Shown here piece after piece: positions 11,401 through 24,196 of a stretch of 64,000 nt of DNA (its first letter is position 1; each line of letters starts with the position of its first letter). Where the stretch lies: contig CM119266.1 of NCBI GenBank assembly GCA_051294375.1, forward strand, positions 10,940,778-11,004,777, in the 5' to 3' direction. This DNA is from Paraspadella gotoi (Eukaryota; Animalia; Chaetognatha). Below the pieces are notes generated by a model. The model made no database searches, was not told the DNA's origin, and worked only from the letters and a program-made list of their open reading frames with translations. The position numbers and the translations under genes were made by a program.

Positions 11401-14400
11401 TGAGAAAGGCTAATTTATAATTCTAATATTTAAGAGAAATTTACTATGCGACAACTTTAGAAATTATTCTTAGCTTAGTACCATCGTATCCTCACGTCGA
11501 CCCTTAATTGAAGTTCAACATGTTTCGTCGAATAAAACTCGTTTCGTAAAAATAATTTTTTTCTATAACCCGTGAAAGCAATCTTTTCGACGTTCCTCGT
11601 CTTTGTTTGCATTTTATTTTTTCTTGAGCGAGAAGATAAGAAGGCGCGAACTTTTTCCTCGAAAACTGACCGGGCGAGAGAACAAGAAGAACGAAAATTA
11701 TTAAAAAGAAAACTTTCCGAGCCTCGATTAATTTCTTATATGGCGTAACATTTTATAATCAAGTGCTCTCATTTGCTGCTCCTTCTCTCCCTCTCAATTT
11801 ACTTTAAAAAGAAAATTCTTCATTGGATGATAAATAAGGGAACCTTTACACTTTGCATATTTTAGCAAACGGACAAAAGACCGAAAAAAGGATGAGTTCA
11901 TCACTCTTGAGCACACTACACAAACTACAGGTATGTAGCTAATAACATCGTTCATTTTAGACTAAAAAAAAGTTGGGAAAGTTGTTAAGTTAGAAAACGA
12001 TTTATCTTAAGCGTATCATTGGCTTGCACGTAGGCGCTAATAATTATTCAACACTTAAACGATTATACGAATTGTTTTATTAGGCCATTTGCTTCCATCA
12101 TACTAAGAAAGAACTCGCTCTGATCACCAAGAGTAAGAAACAAGTGGCCGAGACAAAAACGCTTCAAAGAAACTCAACAAAACAAAATCCTAAATTTCAT
12201 TTATACTACAATCATCAATTTGTACTAAACAAATATATCTCCTCGACTAACAACTACATTTCCGTAATATTATTGCTTAGAACCACTTTTTAAAAAGACA
12301 CTGATGAATTGCTCAAAAAAGCATATTATGCTGACAAATCAGTTACGTAATCGCCCTTGTTCAATACACATTTTATTTTGTTGATGTTCTTTTTTTATAA
12401 ATGCAACCTTTGTTTTGAAAATGATGGAGATCGTGCAGAGAGGCGTTTCTAGTCGGTCGTGATTTTTATGAAGATATATTAATCTCGAATCGGTCAGATT
12501 TTACACGCCGCGACGGACCGCGTCACTTCGGCAAATCTGATTATTTGTCAAAATTTCAAAGTCAAATGAGAAGCAATGAAATTTTATCAGGGGAGTTTAA
12601 GGATATTTAAAATGAGTAAGCTCGTTTACACACATAATAAATCACTTTTACCTTCCGCGTGTGGAAGGGAGGGTTTTTGTGTGCTCTTTTCTGTTATGTT
12701 CCATATTTTTTCTACTGATTTTTTTTTTACTTTCTCTCTTTTTCTTCACTGTATCTCCGCTTTGCAGGATCGTTCGTTTGTTGGCGCCGCGTGACCCATA
12801 CCATCTCCTTTCGTTTATGTTTCTCTCTGGTTGTCGCTCTGTTCTCGGGAATGTTCTCTGTTGTTTTGTTTTTTAAGTGAATCGCGGCCGCTGACAGAGG
12901 TTGAAGACTTGGGCAGCCTCCGGGCCTGTTCACTTATGCGTTGATTGTTTTATGAAGTAGGTGCGCGACTGGCCTGGGAGAGGGGAGGTGTCAGTTTGGG
13001 TAAGTTGGCTATCAGATAACGTTTAAGTGCACTTGTCACCCACGGGTAGGCCGGTCTCTCTTTCTTATCCTTCTACCTTTTGTAATAAAAATCCCAAAGA
13101 AGTAAAAGAGACTCGGTAAATGAAGTGACCTGCATTTACTTTTTGATTTAGGAGACTCAGAATACTGGTTTGGTTGTTGGAGTTGGTTATAGGGTGGGTT
13201 GGGGTGGGGGGATAAGATGTGGGTGAAACACACAATCAAACAATTTATTCTGTATATGAGGTAAATGAGAGAAAAACAAAACTCCACAAAAACCAGCGAA
13301 ACCGTGTTTTAATTGCCTTGACTCGAATCTCCAGGGTTCGACTGCAACTCCCAGTCGTCAAAGAAACGATCTGAAAGTCTCGTCTCCGCGATCAGACAAC
13401 AAAACGGCGAATCTCAAGATCGGCATCGCGAGTCACTCAACGCAATCTCTTCTTCTTTTNNNNNNNNNNNNNNNNNNNNNNNNNCCATTGAGATTTATAC
13501 TAGATTATTACTTGGATTCCTTGGGATATTGTGCGCTATTTTTACTTTTACTGATACAAAAATAAATTACATATTGAGCAAAAACAGCAAAAACAACAAG
13601 TCTAAAACGCCGGGAGAAAAGCGTCTATCAAAATACACGATTCGGGAAGGTAATGGCGCGTGCGAGTGAAAGGTAAGTCGCGAATGTCGGTGAAAGAAAG
13701 TGGCGGCTGGAAGGAAAATACGTTCGCCGGTTGTAGGCAAAAGTTGAGAGGAAAATGTGCGAAACTCGGAGTGAAAAAGAAAGGACTTTTTTTATTAGAA
13801 CAAAGAAAAAAACTTGACTCTTTGAGGTTGGAAATATAAAAATCTAGAATAGATTAAAAAAATATTATTTATAATCAAAATTTTAATTAAAAAATTTCAC
13901 GAAGAGGAAAGAGAATAATGGGAAACTATAAAAGCTAAATAAAAAAATTGAATAAAGCCCAAAAATATAAAATAAAAATTAAATAAATTGATGAAAATCT
14001 AAAAAATATATTTTAGCGAACAAAAAAAATACCAGAAGCAAAATTATACAAAGCAAAATTATCGAACGATAAAAAGAAGCAAAGCACGAAAGAAGCGAAC
14101 GGAAAAAAAGCGAATAAAAGCAAAGAACGAAGCGGAGAAGAAAAAAAAGGAGCGAATTGAATTCGAAATAAAGATAAATTCAAAACATCCCTTTTGAAAA
14201 CGGGATTGACCCCCGCGCCTCTGAGCCGGGATGGTTTGGGGGTGTGAGAAAGAGAAGGCTCGTGGGCATTGGGTATCGAAGGGAGGGGGGGGCGGGGGGG
14301 CGGGAGGAACTTCGTGAAGCTAAGCTGGATTTCGAAGAAAGAAAATATTTACGACTAAATTGGAGGGAAAAAAACCGTTTTTTAATGCATCGTTTCGACT

Positions 14401-14726
14401 AAACGATTTGAAAAAAGAAGAAAGGAAGAAAAGGAAGAAAAGGAAGAAAAGGCAAAAAAAAAAAAGAAGCATTCGAATTTTTTTTACCATTTCGACTGAC
14501 GGAAAATTTCTTTCTCGTCCTCGATTTCTCGTCCGCTTCTCACTTATTGCTCTCCTATTTTCTCTCCCCACTTTTTCCGCTTTTCCCCGCCTCTCTCCCG
14601 CTTCTCGGCCGCTTTCTCTTCATTCTGCCGACGACCGAGACAAAAACAAGATTTGACAGAAACGAGATTTTTTGCGAAGTCTCGAAAGAACTGCGACGCA
14701 GAAATCATTTGGTCAGTTGGTGACGA

Positions 14727-14835
14727 TGGCGGTCAAAATAGCGGACAACATGGCGGACAAAATGTGGACAAAATAGCGGTCAAAATGGAGGACAATATGG
14801 CTGGAAAATGGCTGACAAAATGCCGGTCAAAATTG
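14727..14835 (+). repeat. ~12-bp minisatellite (consensus ATGGCGGACAAA), about 9 degenerate units
   Basis: atggcggtcaaa atagcggacaac atggcggacaaa atgtggacaaa atagcggtcaaa atggaggacaat atggctggaaa atggctgacaaa atgccggtcaaa. Confidence 0.8.
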
Positions 14836-16017
14836 AAGCCAAACATGAAGAAGAATTGAACGAATTTCAATGAACCAATTCTTGGCATCATCATTTGAGT
14901 TGGATGTGAAAGATAACTCCAAGTTCCTTTCGCATCCCCTTTGGCATTCCCATTCTCTCTCTCTATTCTCGAGCTCCTCTCTCGTCTCTCCACGTATCTC
15001 TCCTGGATCTCTCCTATCTCTTCTCTTCCTCTCTCTCTTCTTCCTCTCTTCTTCATGGCTGCGACGAGACGCGATTTTTTTTCCCTCCGCATACTCCTTT
15101 ATGCAACTTTTATGAAGAAATAAAACACTACGATGCTATTTTTTCAGTTCCAGCCGCGCCGACCTCTCTCCCGTCCTCACTCTCACTCTCTTCTCCATCT
15201 CCTCTCTCTCCTCTTCTCGCTCTCTCCTCTCTCTCTCTCTCCCTCATCTCTCCTCTTAGCGTGAGAATTTTTGAGGTGCTTTCCTCGATGTGATCTTATT
15301 AGCGAAATCTCTCAGAACTCGGATCGTTCCCGCGAATTATCGACCGAGCCGACGACGACAAAATCAACGACGATGAGAAGAAGGAAAATTGTGTACAAGT
15401 TCCTGGGAAAAAGATTAGTTTCGGGTTATTGATGTTAGAGAGACGATGGAAATTTCTAAAGTCAACGGCCAAGCATTTCTCGGAAATCGAGGCTCATTAA
15501 CGAAATACTTTTTTCTCCAGTTTTTCTCGNNNNNNNNNNNNNNNNNNNNNNNNNNNNNNNNNNNNNNNNNNNNNNNNNNNNNNNNNNNNNNNNNNNNNNN
15601 NNNNNNNNNNNNNNNNNNNNNNNNNNNNNNNNNNNNNNNNNNNNNNNNNNNNNNNNNNNNNNNNNNNNNNNNNNNNNNNNNNNNNNNNNNNNNNNNNNNN
15701 NNNNNNNNNNNNNNNNNNNNNNNNNNNNNNNNNNNNNNNNNNNNNNNNNNNNNNNNNNNNNNNNNNNNNNNNNNNNNNNNTCCTTCCTTCCTTCCTTTCC
15801 TCCTTCATTTTTCAACTCTCGCCTTTCTCGTACACCCCTTTAGTTCTCACTTTAGTCCTCACCCGACCTTACCCTCAATCCTCAACCCTCTCCTCCCCCA
15901 ACCACCTCCAGCGTTCTTTGATTTTCCGCATCGCCGCCTCTAAATCCCTTTCAACGACCGAAACTCACCTCCTTTCCTCACCTCCTTTTTTCTTCTCTCT
16001 ATTTCTCCGGGACTCAC

Positions 16018-16400
16018 CTGGCGGGAAAAGCGAAGGGTGATGGAGTTGGTGAGAGGCGAAAAAGAAAATTGGGTGCGGCGGCCGCGGCCGACGAGGTGAG
16101 GTGAGAGTGGAGTTACGGAGTGACAGCGGTGACTTCTGGATGAAGTCGGTGTGGTAAGTGAAGATGGTCAGTGAGAATGATTGAAAGGGCGAACAAGAAG
16201 AAAGATAGGAATCAAGGACAGCCTTGATTGGTGTTGTTGTGAACATTGCAGGTCGGCGAGCGGAGTGATTCGAGTGAGGCGAGTGATCACAATTGGTGGG
16301 CGGCATCGGTGACGAAGCGTCCACGAGCGAAGAGGCGGACGTTTGTCGATTGCGGGAGGCGAATGGGTCGAAGCGAATTCCGATATGTAGGGCAATGCGA
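16018..16400 (-). CDS. Possible Ser/Pro/His-rich exon ending at a canonical donor
   Basis: Track ORF 15965..16324(-) reads ...DFIQKSPLSLRNSTLTSPRRPRPPHP..HQLHHPSLFPP. It is followed by CCAG|GTGAGTC (intron starts at 16017). Probably contains indel errors. Confidence 0.3.
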
Positions 16401-16421
16401 ACAATATCTCAACACACTGTT

Positions 16422-16457
<36 letters not shown>

Positions 16458-17784
16458 NNNNNNNNNNNNNNNNNNNNNNNNNNNNNNNNNNNNNNNNNNN
16501 NNNNNNNNNNNNNNNNNNNNNNNNNNNNNNNNNNNNNNNNNNNNNNNNNNNNNNNNNNNNNNNNNNNNNNNNNNNNNNNNNNNNNNNNNNNNNNNNNNNN
16601 NNNNNNNNNNNNNNNNNNNNNNNNNNNNNNNNNNNNNNNNNNNNNNNNNNNNNNNNNNNNNNNNNAGAGAGAGAGAGAGAGAGAGAGAGGATGGAAACCT
16701 CGAATTCGTCGACGGAAAAAGAAAAGAAAAGAGAAGAAAATCGGCGAAACAACAAAGGCGACGATCTCTTCTCTTTTTTTGAAAAGATAGAGAGGAAAGA
16801 AAAGAAAGCAAAAAATAGGGGGGGTTAAAGCAAAGCAAATGAAAGCAAGAGAGAGAAGGAAAAAAAAATCTAAAAAAAAAAGCCTGGGGACTCATCAAAG
16901 AGGAAGATTCTCAATTTCCCACTCGGAGGCTAATGGAGGGGGACCCCTTCAAAAAAGTATCAGGGAGAGACAGAGAGAGAGAGAGAGAGAGACAGAGAGA
17001 CAGAGAGAGAGAGAGAGAGAGGGAGACAATGAGAAGGAGAAGAAAGAATAGAAGAGTTGGTTTTAAAAAGGCCTAATCGCTCGGCCAAGCGCCCTTCCCC
17101 CTAGCACTCTGCTTCACATTTGATGGCGTCTTCGAAACTCAGCATCGATTCTCTTCTTTTTTTCCCTTTTCCTTAGTTTTTTCTACTTTCCCCTTTTTAC
17201 CCTTTTTATCCCTTTTTCTTGTCCATTTAGTCTCTCTTTTGAATTCACTTTTCATCTTCCTTCGTCAGTTCATCTTCATCGGCTTCCCTTTCCTATTTAT
17301 CCCAACTTTCTTCTTCATATTTTATTTCCTACCATCTTTAATAAAGACTTTATCTAGTATTCTTGCATCCGAAATAATCCTTTTTACTTTCCACTTCCTA
17401 CCGTCCTTAAAATTATTTATTCTCACTTCCTACCATCCTTCATTGTTCCACTTTCTTTCCCCTTTTTTTTTCAGTGTCTCTAGAAAAAGAAAGAAGATCA
17501 AGAATTGGATGCAATGAATATGGAAGAGCGACTTCAGGCTGAACCCGGCCTAAGGGGAGGGAAAGGNNNNNNNNNNNNNNNNNNNNNNNNNNNNNNNNNN
17601 NNNNNNNNNNNNNNNNNNNNNNNNNNNNNNNNNNNNNNNNNNNNNNNNNNNNNNNNNNNNNNNNNNNNNNNNNNNNNNNNNNNNNNNNNNNNNNNNNNNN
17701 NNNNNNNNNNNNNNNNNNNNNNNNNNNNNNNNNNNNNNNNNNNNNNNNNNNNNNNNNNNNNNNNNNNNNNNNNNNNNNNNNNNN

Positions 17785-17816
<32 letters not shown>

Positions 17817-18046
17817 AAGCTCCCTCAGGCGGCGACGGCGGTATAGCGAGATGGAGAGGAAATGTGAGTGGGAGAGAGAGAGTGGGAATAAGAGCGGAGG
17901 AATGAGATGGAGAGTGAGAGGGAGTGATAATCAGAGAGAGAAAGAGAAAAAGGGTGAGAGGGTTTTCTCTCAGTCGGATGGATTCTTTGATAATTAGTTT
18001 TTCCCCATTTCCTTCCTCTCGCTTCCTCGCGCTGTCTCGATCGCTC

Positions 18047-18127
<81 letters not shown>

Positions 18128-21100
18128 GTTCGATGTTGTGAAATTTCAAAGCGGTCGCGGAATCAGGTAGAGAGTGAGGTGAAAGAGCTGGCTCGATCGA
18201 TCGATCGAATGACGAGAGAAAAATGTCTGATTTAAAAATCAAGTTTTGAAGAAATGAGAGAAAAAGAAAGACAGCGCAAAAGCGACTACGCGAGAAATCA
18301 ACAGCCAACTAGTTCACCTTTTACTACCTAACACACTNNNNNNNNNNNNNNNNNNNNNNNNNNNNNNNNNNNNNNNNNNNNNNNNNNNNNNNNNNNNNNN
18401 NNNNNNNNNNNNNNNNNNNNNNNNNNNNNNNNNNNNNNNNNNNNNNNNNNNNNNNNNNNNNNNNNNNNNNNNNNNNNNNNNNNNNNNNNNNNNNNNNNNN
18501 NNNNNNNNNNNNNNNNNNNNNNNNNNNNNNNNNNNNNNNNNNNNNNNNNNNNNNNNNNNNNNNNNNNNNNNNNNNNNNNNNNNNNNNNNNNNNNNNNNNN
18601 NNNNNNNNNNNNNNNNNNNNNNNNNNNNNNNNNNNNNNNNNNNNNNNNNNNNNNNNNNNNNNNNNNNNNNNNNNNNNNNNNNNNNNNNNNNNNNNNNNNN
18701 NNNNNNNNNNNNNNNNNNNNNNNNNNNNNNNNNNNNNNNNNNNNNNNNNNNNNNNTCTCTCTCGTTCTCGCGTTTTTCGCTCGCTCTTTTCGTCTTGATG
18801 ATGATGCACCTCTCATCTGGAAAAAAGGCTCGAGAAAATAAAAGAGGGGGAAGAAAGAAAAAGGGGGAAGGTATTTAGAGGGAGAGAGATGAAAGGAGAA
18901 AGGAGGAGGTAGTATTGGAGAGATAGGAAGAGAAAGAGAAAAGAGGGGATATTAAAAATGGAAAAGAAAGAATGAAAGTAGGAAAAAAAATAAAAGAAAA
19001 ATATAAGGGAGTAGAAAAAAAAAGAAAGTTAAGAAAAAAAAAGGAAAGATGGATTAAAGGAGGAGAAAATAAAAAAAAAGGAGATAAGGGGCGGGAGGGA
19101 GGACGCCATCCCGCGAAATGATTCCGCCCAAGACCAGGTGCGCCATTTACATGCCTAGAATCCCAACCCTGCCGGGAGAATGATATGGTGATTCCTCCCT
19201 TCGAGAGGCGCTACTTTCGGAGAAGAGNNNNNNNNNNNNNNNNNNNNNNNNNNNNNNNNNNNNNNNNNNNNNNNNNNNNNNNNNNNNNNNNNNNNNNNNN
19301 NNNNNNNNNNNNNNNNNNNNNNNNNNNNNNNNNNNNNNNNNNNNNNNNNNNNNNNNNNNNNNNNNNNNNNNNNNNNNNNNNNNNNNNNNNNNNNNNNNNN
19401 NNNNNNNNNNNNNNNNNNNNNNNNNNNNNNNNNGAGAGAGAGAGATGCCCTCACTTCACTCTTCGTCGATTCATTAAAACCAGAGACTAATATCGTCGGG
19501 CGCAGAGAAGTCGTCGTTAACCGTCGGTTTCAAAAAGCTTCACCATTTCGTCGACGTTGTCGTCGTTTTCGTCGTCTCTGCAACCATCGTCGTCGTCGTC
19601 GTCGTGCTCTTTTCCATCGTCGTNNNNNNNNNNNNNNNNNNNNNNNNNNNNNNNNNNNNNNNNNNNNNNNNNNNNNNNNNNNNNNNNNNNNNNNNNNNNN
19701 NNNNNNNNNNNNNNNNNNNNNNNNNNNNNNNNNNNNNNNNNNNNNNNNNNNNNNNNNNNNNNNNNNNNNNNNNNNNNNNNNNNNNNNNNNNNNNNNNNNN
19801 NNNNNNNNNNNNNNNNNNNNNNNNNNNNNNNNNNNNNNNNNNNNNNNNNNNNNNNNNNNNNNNNNNNNNNNNNNNNNNNNNNNNNNNNNNNNNCCTTCTT
19901 TTCGCTTTTTCCCCTTTTTTATTCCTTTTTCTTCTTTACTCTCCTTTTCTTTTTTCTCCTTTTTCCTTCTCATTCCTCCCTTTTCGCTTTTTCTTCTTCC
20001 CTTAATGGAAAGAGACTCCGGAAAATCCATGTCGGCAGCGATATTTTTCATTGACTTACCTCAGGTGAGGTGAGGATTGAGAAAGAGAGAGAGAGAGAGG
20101 AAAGCGATTCGAGAGTGTGGTTTGGCTGGATCTGGCTTTTTTTGTGGATTTCCCCCAACGCCTCTTTCGCGCCTCCGACAAAAAGTAACAAAAGTGCATC
20201 GAGAGACAATGAAAAGAAGAAGCAATAAAAGGGGAAAAAAAAACGTTGATGAAAATCAATGTATATGTATTAATTCCCTTGAGCTATAAAGAACATGAAC
20301 CAAGAAAGAGGCTGCGATGAAAACCGAAGATATAAAAAGTCGAGCCTTGAAAGAAAGACAACGAAAGGGAANNNNNNNNNNGAGGTAAAGGGGCAAAGGC
20401 TCTTTGAACCCGAGAAGGATGAATAAAGGAGGTTAAAAAGGTTAACTCACTTGTTTCGCGAGGAGTAAAGCTAGACAAATGAACAAAAGGGAAAGGATTT
20501 TTTTTCTCTCTTATTCTCGCTAGAGGCGCAGGGCGTTTGACGTATGCGATTCTTTCGGCATTTTTTTTTTCTCGGTATATTAGTGACATGGGCGACATTC
20601 AGGGAAGTAAAATTTGTTGAGAAAGCTGCTTGAAAATACATGGTGACCGGTGATGCTTGGCTTTAATCCTTTCGATAACGACGATGAGTGTTCTAGACGT
20701 TTCTTGGCATTAGACGGTAGACAGAGACTTGACGTTACATGTAAATAGTACATGTAAATGTGAAGCATAATGTGAAGCATAATTTTGTGAGCTTATAAAT
20801 TTCTTGGAGAGAAATTCTAAATGTGAAAGATGATTGAGATATTGAGTATTTCCTATGAGGAGTTGACTCTTTCGAAGGTCTCAAATAAGCGAGAAAGACG
20901 TCATCATCAAACCGCGTCAAACGTCATTATAAAGACGAGAGGCCGCTGAGCGAGCATCGATGTTAGGGAGGGGGAAGGGCGGGAGTAGAGGCGCGGCGGG
21001 GCGATAGATGGTAGGTAGAGGCGTGAGCGGCGCTCTGCGGCCCCGTCGAATATTACGGTCTTCGCCAATGAGTCGTGGGGAGAGGAAGAAATCAAAGAAG

Positions 21101-21386
21101 AGAGTGGGACAGAGAGAGAGAGAGAGGAGAGAGCAGAGCAGGAGAGCGAGAGAAAGAGTGAGACGAGAGGAGAGAGAGATTGAGAGTGAGAGAGAAGACG
21201 AAGCGTAAGCGGCGAATGAGTGAAATATTCAGGCGGGCACGGGCCGCGAAGGAGGATAAACCACCATTTGGGTGAAGAGCAAATGGGGATCGGGAAAGAG
21301 GAACTTCCATCATGTTTATATGAATATATTGCAGGAGAGGGAATATATGAGAGAGAGAGAGAGGATGAGACGAGAGGAGTAGAGAG

Positions 21387-21426
<40 letters not shown>

Positions 21427-22363
21427 AGAGATAAGGAGAGAGAAGAGATTCGAGGAGAGAGGAGACATGAGAAAGAGAGAGAAAGATAGCAGAAGTCCGA
21501 TATTGCGCTCTGCCAAACGATGACGAATGTCTGATATGATCCGCGGCCGATTTGGATTGGGTACTACGCTTCTCTTTTCGGTGCGAGTCATTATTTTGCC
21601 GGAAATAACGAAACTCTAGTAGATAGAATGTAGCGAGTAGGGGGGGCAAGAATATATTATGCCAAAAAATATTAGGTATTCCGAAGAGAGTGCAGTATCG
21701 TCGATGTGTGACTGTGCGTCGTTCGTTGGCGTGCTTTGTTTTGCAAACAAAAAACAACAGACGTGGGAATCGCCCAACAGCACATCGCAGCTTTCCGCAA
21801 AACGGAAAACGGAAAATGATGCGACGACGACAGAGCGACGACGAGCGACGACGCGACGACAGACAGATATGGAGACCCTCTTTGATCTCCGTATCGACAA
21901 GTAGACGAAGGAGGGAAGAAAGAAGCGAGAAATAAGAAAGTAAACAAAAGGCCAAAAAAAAAAAGGATATAAAAAAATGAGAACAGAAAAAAAAAAGAAT
22001 AATCACTGCGCCGCGTGCCCATGGCAACTCGCCTCAACTCACGAGGCCGTCGAACGCGCATTACTAGCAAGGGCTTTCCGCGCGAGAGGGGGAAACGAGG
22101 AAAAGCGAGAGAATGAAGAGAGAGAAGAATGGAGAGGGAGAGAGTCAAGAGAAGAAAGAGAGAGGAAGATGAGAGAGAGACGATGACATCGACTGACAGA
22201 AGGGACATCGTATTTCGAAAGACAGAAGGAAACAAAAAAAAGTTCTCGCAAGAATCGGATTGGAGAAAGACGATCAAAAAAAGAGAATCCAGGTCTCACT
22301 CTCTCTCTCTCTCTCGTCCTTATCTCCTCTCTCTTCTCTCTCTCTCTCTCTCTCTCCTCTTCG

Positions 22364-22396
<33 letters not shown>

Positions 22397-23007
22397 GTCT
22401 CTCTCTCTCTTGAGACAGAGCACGCGGGAAGCTCAGCGCGCGAACAAGAATCCCACGACGCGAGTGCGACGACGAAGGGTAAAGAATAAAGCCTCCAAAC
22501 ATCTGCCAGATTAAAAACTCGGCGCGACGAAGAGGAAATTCAATCTTGTGGTACGCAACGCGCGAGGAGGACCGGTGATAGAGTAGGGCGAGGGGGGGGC
22601 GTGGCGAGCGGCGAAAAAGAGCGTGGCCGCCTTCCTGTTGATGGAGAGCATGCTTTCGCTTAAAGCTCGTCGCGGTGCGATATGGGCGGGTTGATTTAGA
22701 GAACGCATTCCAAAAATTTAATTTGCATGTTGCCGTTTTTGAAAATTTCGAAACTTTTACAATTTTTTTAAATGAATCGTTGATTATAGGACAGAGACGA
22801 AACGAAGACGTTTTCGAAGGAAAGGTTTAACGAAAGAACGATTGAATGAAAAGAATACCGGGCTTGTATTGCATGAAAAGCCTTACTGCCATTTACTAAT
22901 TTATTACTATTTATTAATTTCATAATTTATAGCACACCACTGCCTCAAGACAGCTAGAAATCTTCTGGACCAAATCCAAACGTACTCATTTGATTAACCT
23001 TTATTAG

Positions 23008-23361
23008 AAGAACTCAAAGTTCAACAAGATTTCGACGCTGCACCCCCAACCATACAACCCCCGTCAAACGCGACCCCCGACCGCGCGAGCTGCTTCGTCG
23101 CTTCCTTCTTTCTTCGGCCCAGAGGCGCTCATCCGTGGGCGTCGGAGCGGGGGCGATGATGGACCGCTGCCGGTTCGCGCCCCGGACGGAAGACTTTTCT
23201 TGGCTCAGAAGAATCGAGAGTCAGAGAGGCGTGGGAGGGAGTCCTTGTTGGTTGCTGATGGTCGGAGGTATTTGCGCAATGATGACTGGGAATTGTTTCT
23301 TTGCGAACGGCGCGGAACAGTCGACGAAATTCAGGAATTGAACTATTTTCGTAGTAAATAA
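23008..23361 (+). CDS. Candidate terminal exon, 117 codons, not listed in the ORF track
   Basis: After ttattag| the frame reads KNSKFNKISTLHPQPYNPRQTRPPTARAASSLPSFFGPEALIRGRRSGGDDGPLPVRAPDGRLFLAQKNRESERRGRESLLVADGRRYLRNDDWELFLCERRGTVDEIQELNYFRSK* (TAA at 23359-23361). A second plus frame is also open to 23341, so the frame is uncertain. Confidence 0.35.
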   Translation, partial: KNSKFNKISTLHPQPYNPRQTRPPTARAASSLPSFFGPEALIRGRRSGGDDGPLPVRAPDGRLFLAQKNRESERRGRESLLVADGRRYLRNDDWELFLCERRGTVDEIQELNYFRSK

Positions 23362-24163
23362 CCAAACAAGGAAGGATATTAAAAGTTTAAAAAAAAAAAA
23401 AAACCCAATTAAGATTTACGCTAAGGAATCCTCGCTTGACGTTTCATAACCGACAATTAATGATTTTTTATGTGTCAAAAACATCAGAATTTAATGAGGC
23501 GACGCGACGCGCTACGGAGAACATCTCTACTCATTAAAAACGTATTCAACCTTCAATCTTCGTCGAAGCTAAACCCAATTAAACCCAATTAACCATTAAC
23601 CATTAACGATTACTAATGGTCCATTAGCCATCACCTTTGCTGTCGCGAATTCAATCATGTATTGATTCTTATCGACACAACGGGAAAGTCCGTGATTTCC
23701 GCGTCAATTTTTCAGATTTTCACAGGCAACATTCTCGTGACATCACCATTCACGGGAATCGAGAACATCGTTCGGGATTCGCTGTCAGACTCGATGACAA
23801 ATGACACTTACCTTTTGTGACGAATTGAGTGAGGCGAGGGGGAGGAGGAGAAAGAGGAGGGAGGAGAAAAATAAAATTAGAATTATTTAATCGATATGGT
23901 TATCATATTCATATAATGTTTATTCATTATCAGAAAACTATACACAGTACCTAGTAAATATTATATACTACGTAAAACCAGTGGCTTTTTATGGACTTTT
24001 TTTGGCCCGCCCCAATTTCTATACACAATGTCCATTACCGCCATATCAAATTATACCCCCAAATTTCGTTTTGAAGTGAGATTTTTTCGTCGTTTCTTTT
24101 CTTTCGTCAAGTCACCGCCCTGCCAAGATTAGACACTCTCCTCCAGGGTAGGAAGCGTCATTC

Positions 24164-24196
<33 letters not shown>

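Noticed and set aside
12781-12800. TGGCGCC primer-binding-site-like word of an LTR element
   Set aside because: No upstream LTR ending in CA and no downstream gag/pol frame.
13330-13360. GGGTTCGACTGC B-box-like word
   Set aside because: No cloverleaf or A-box context.
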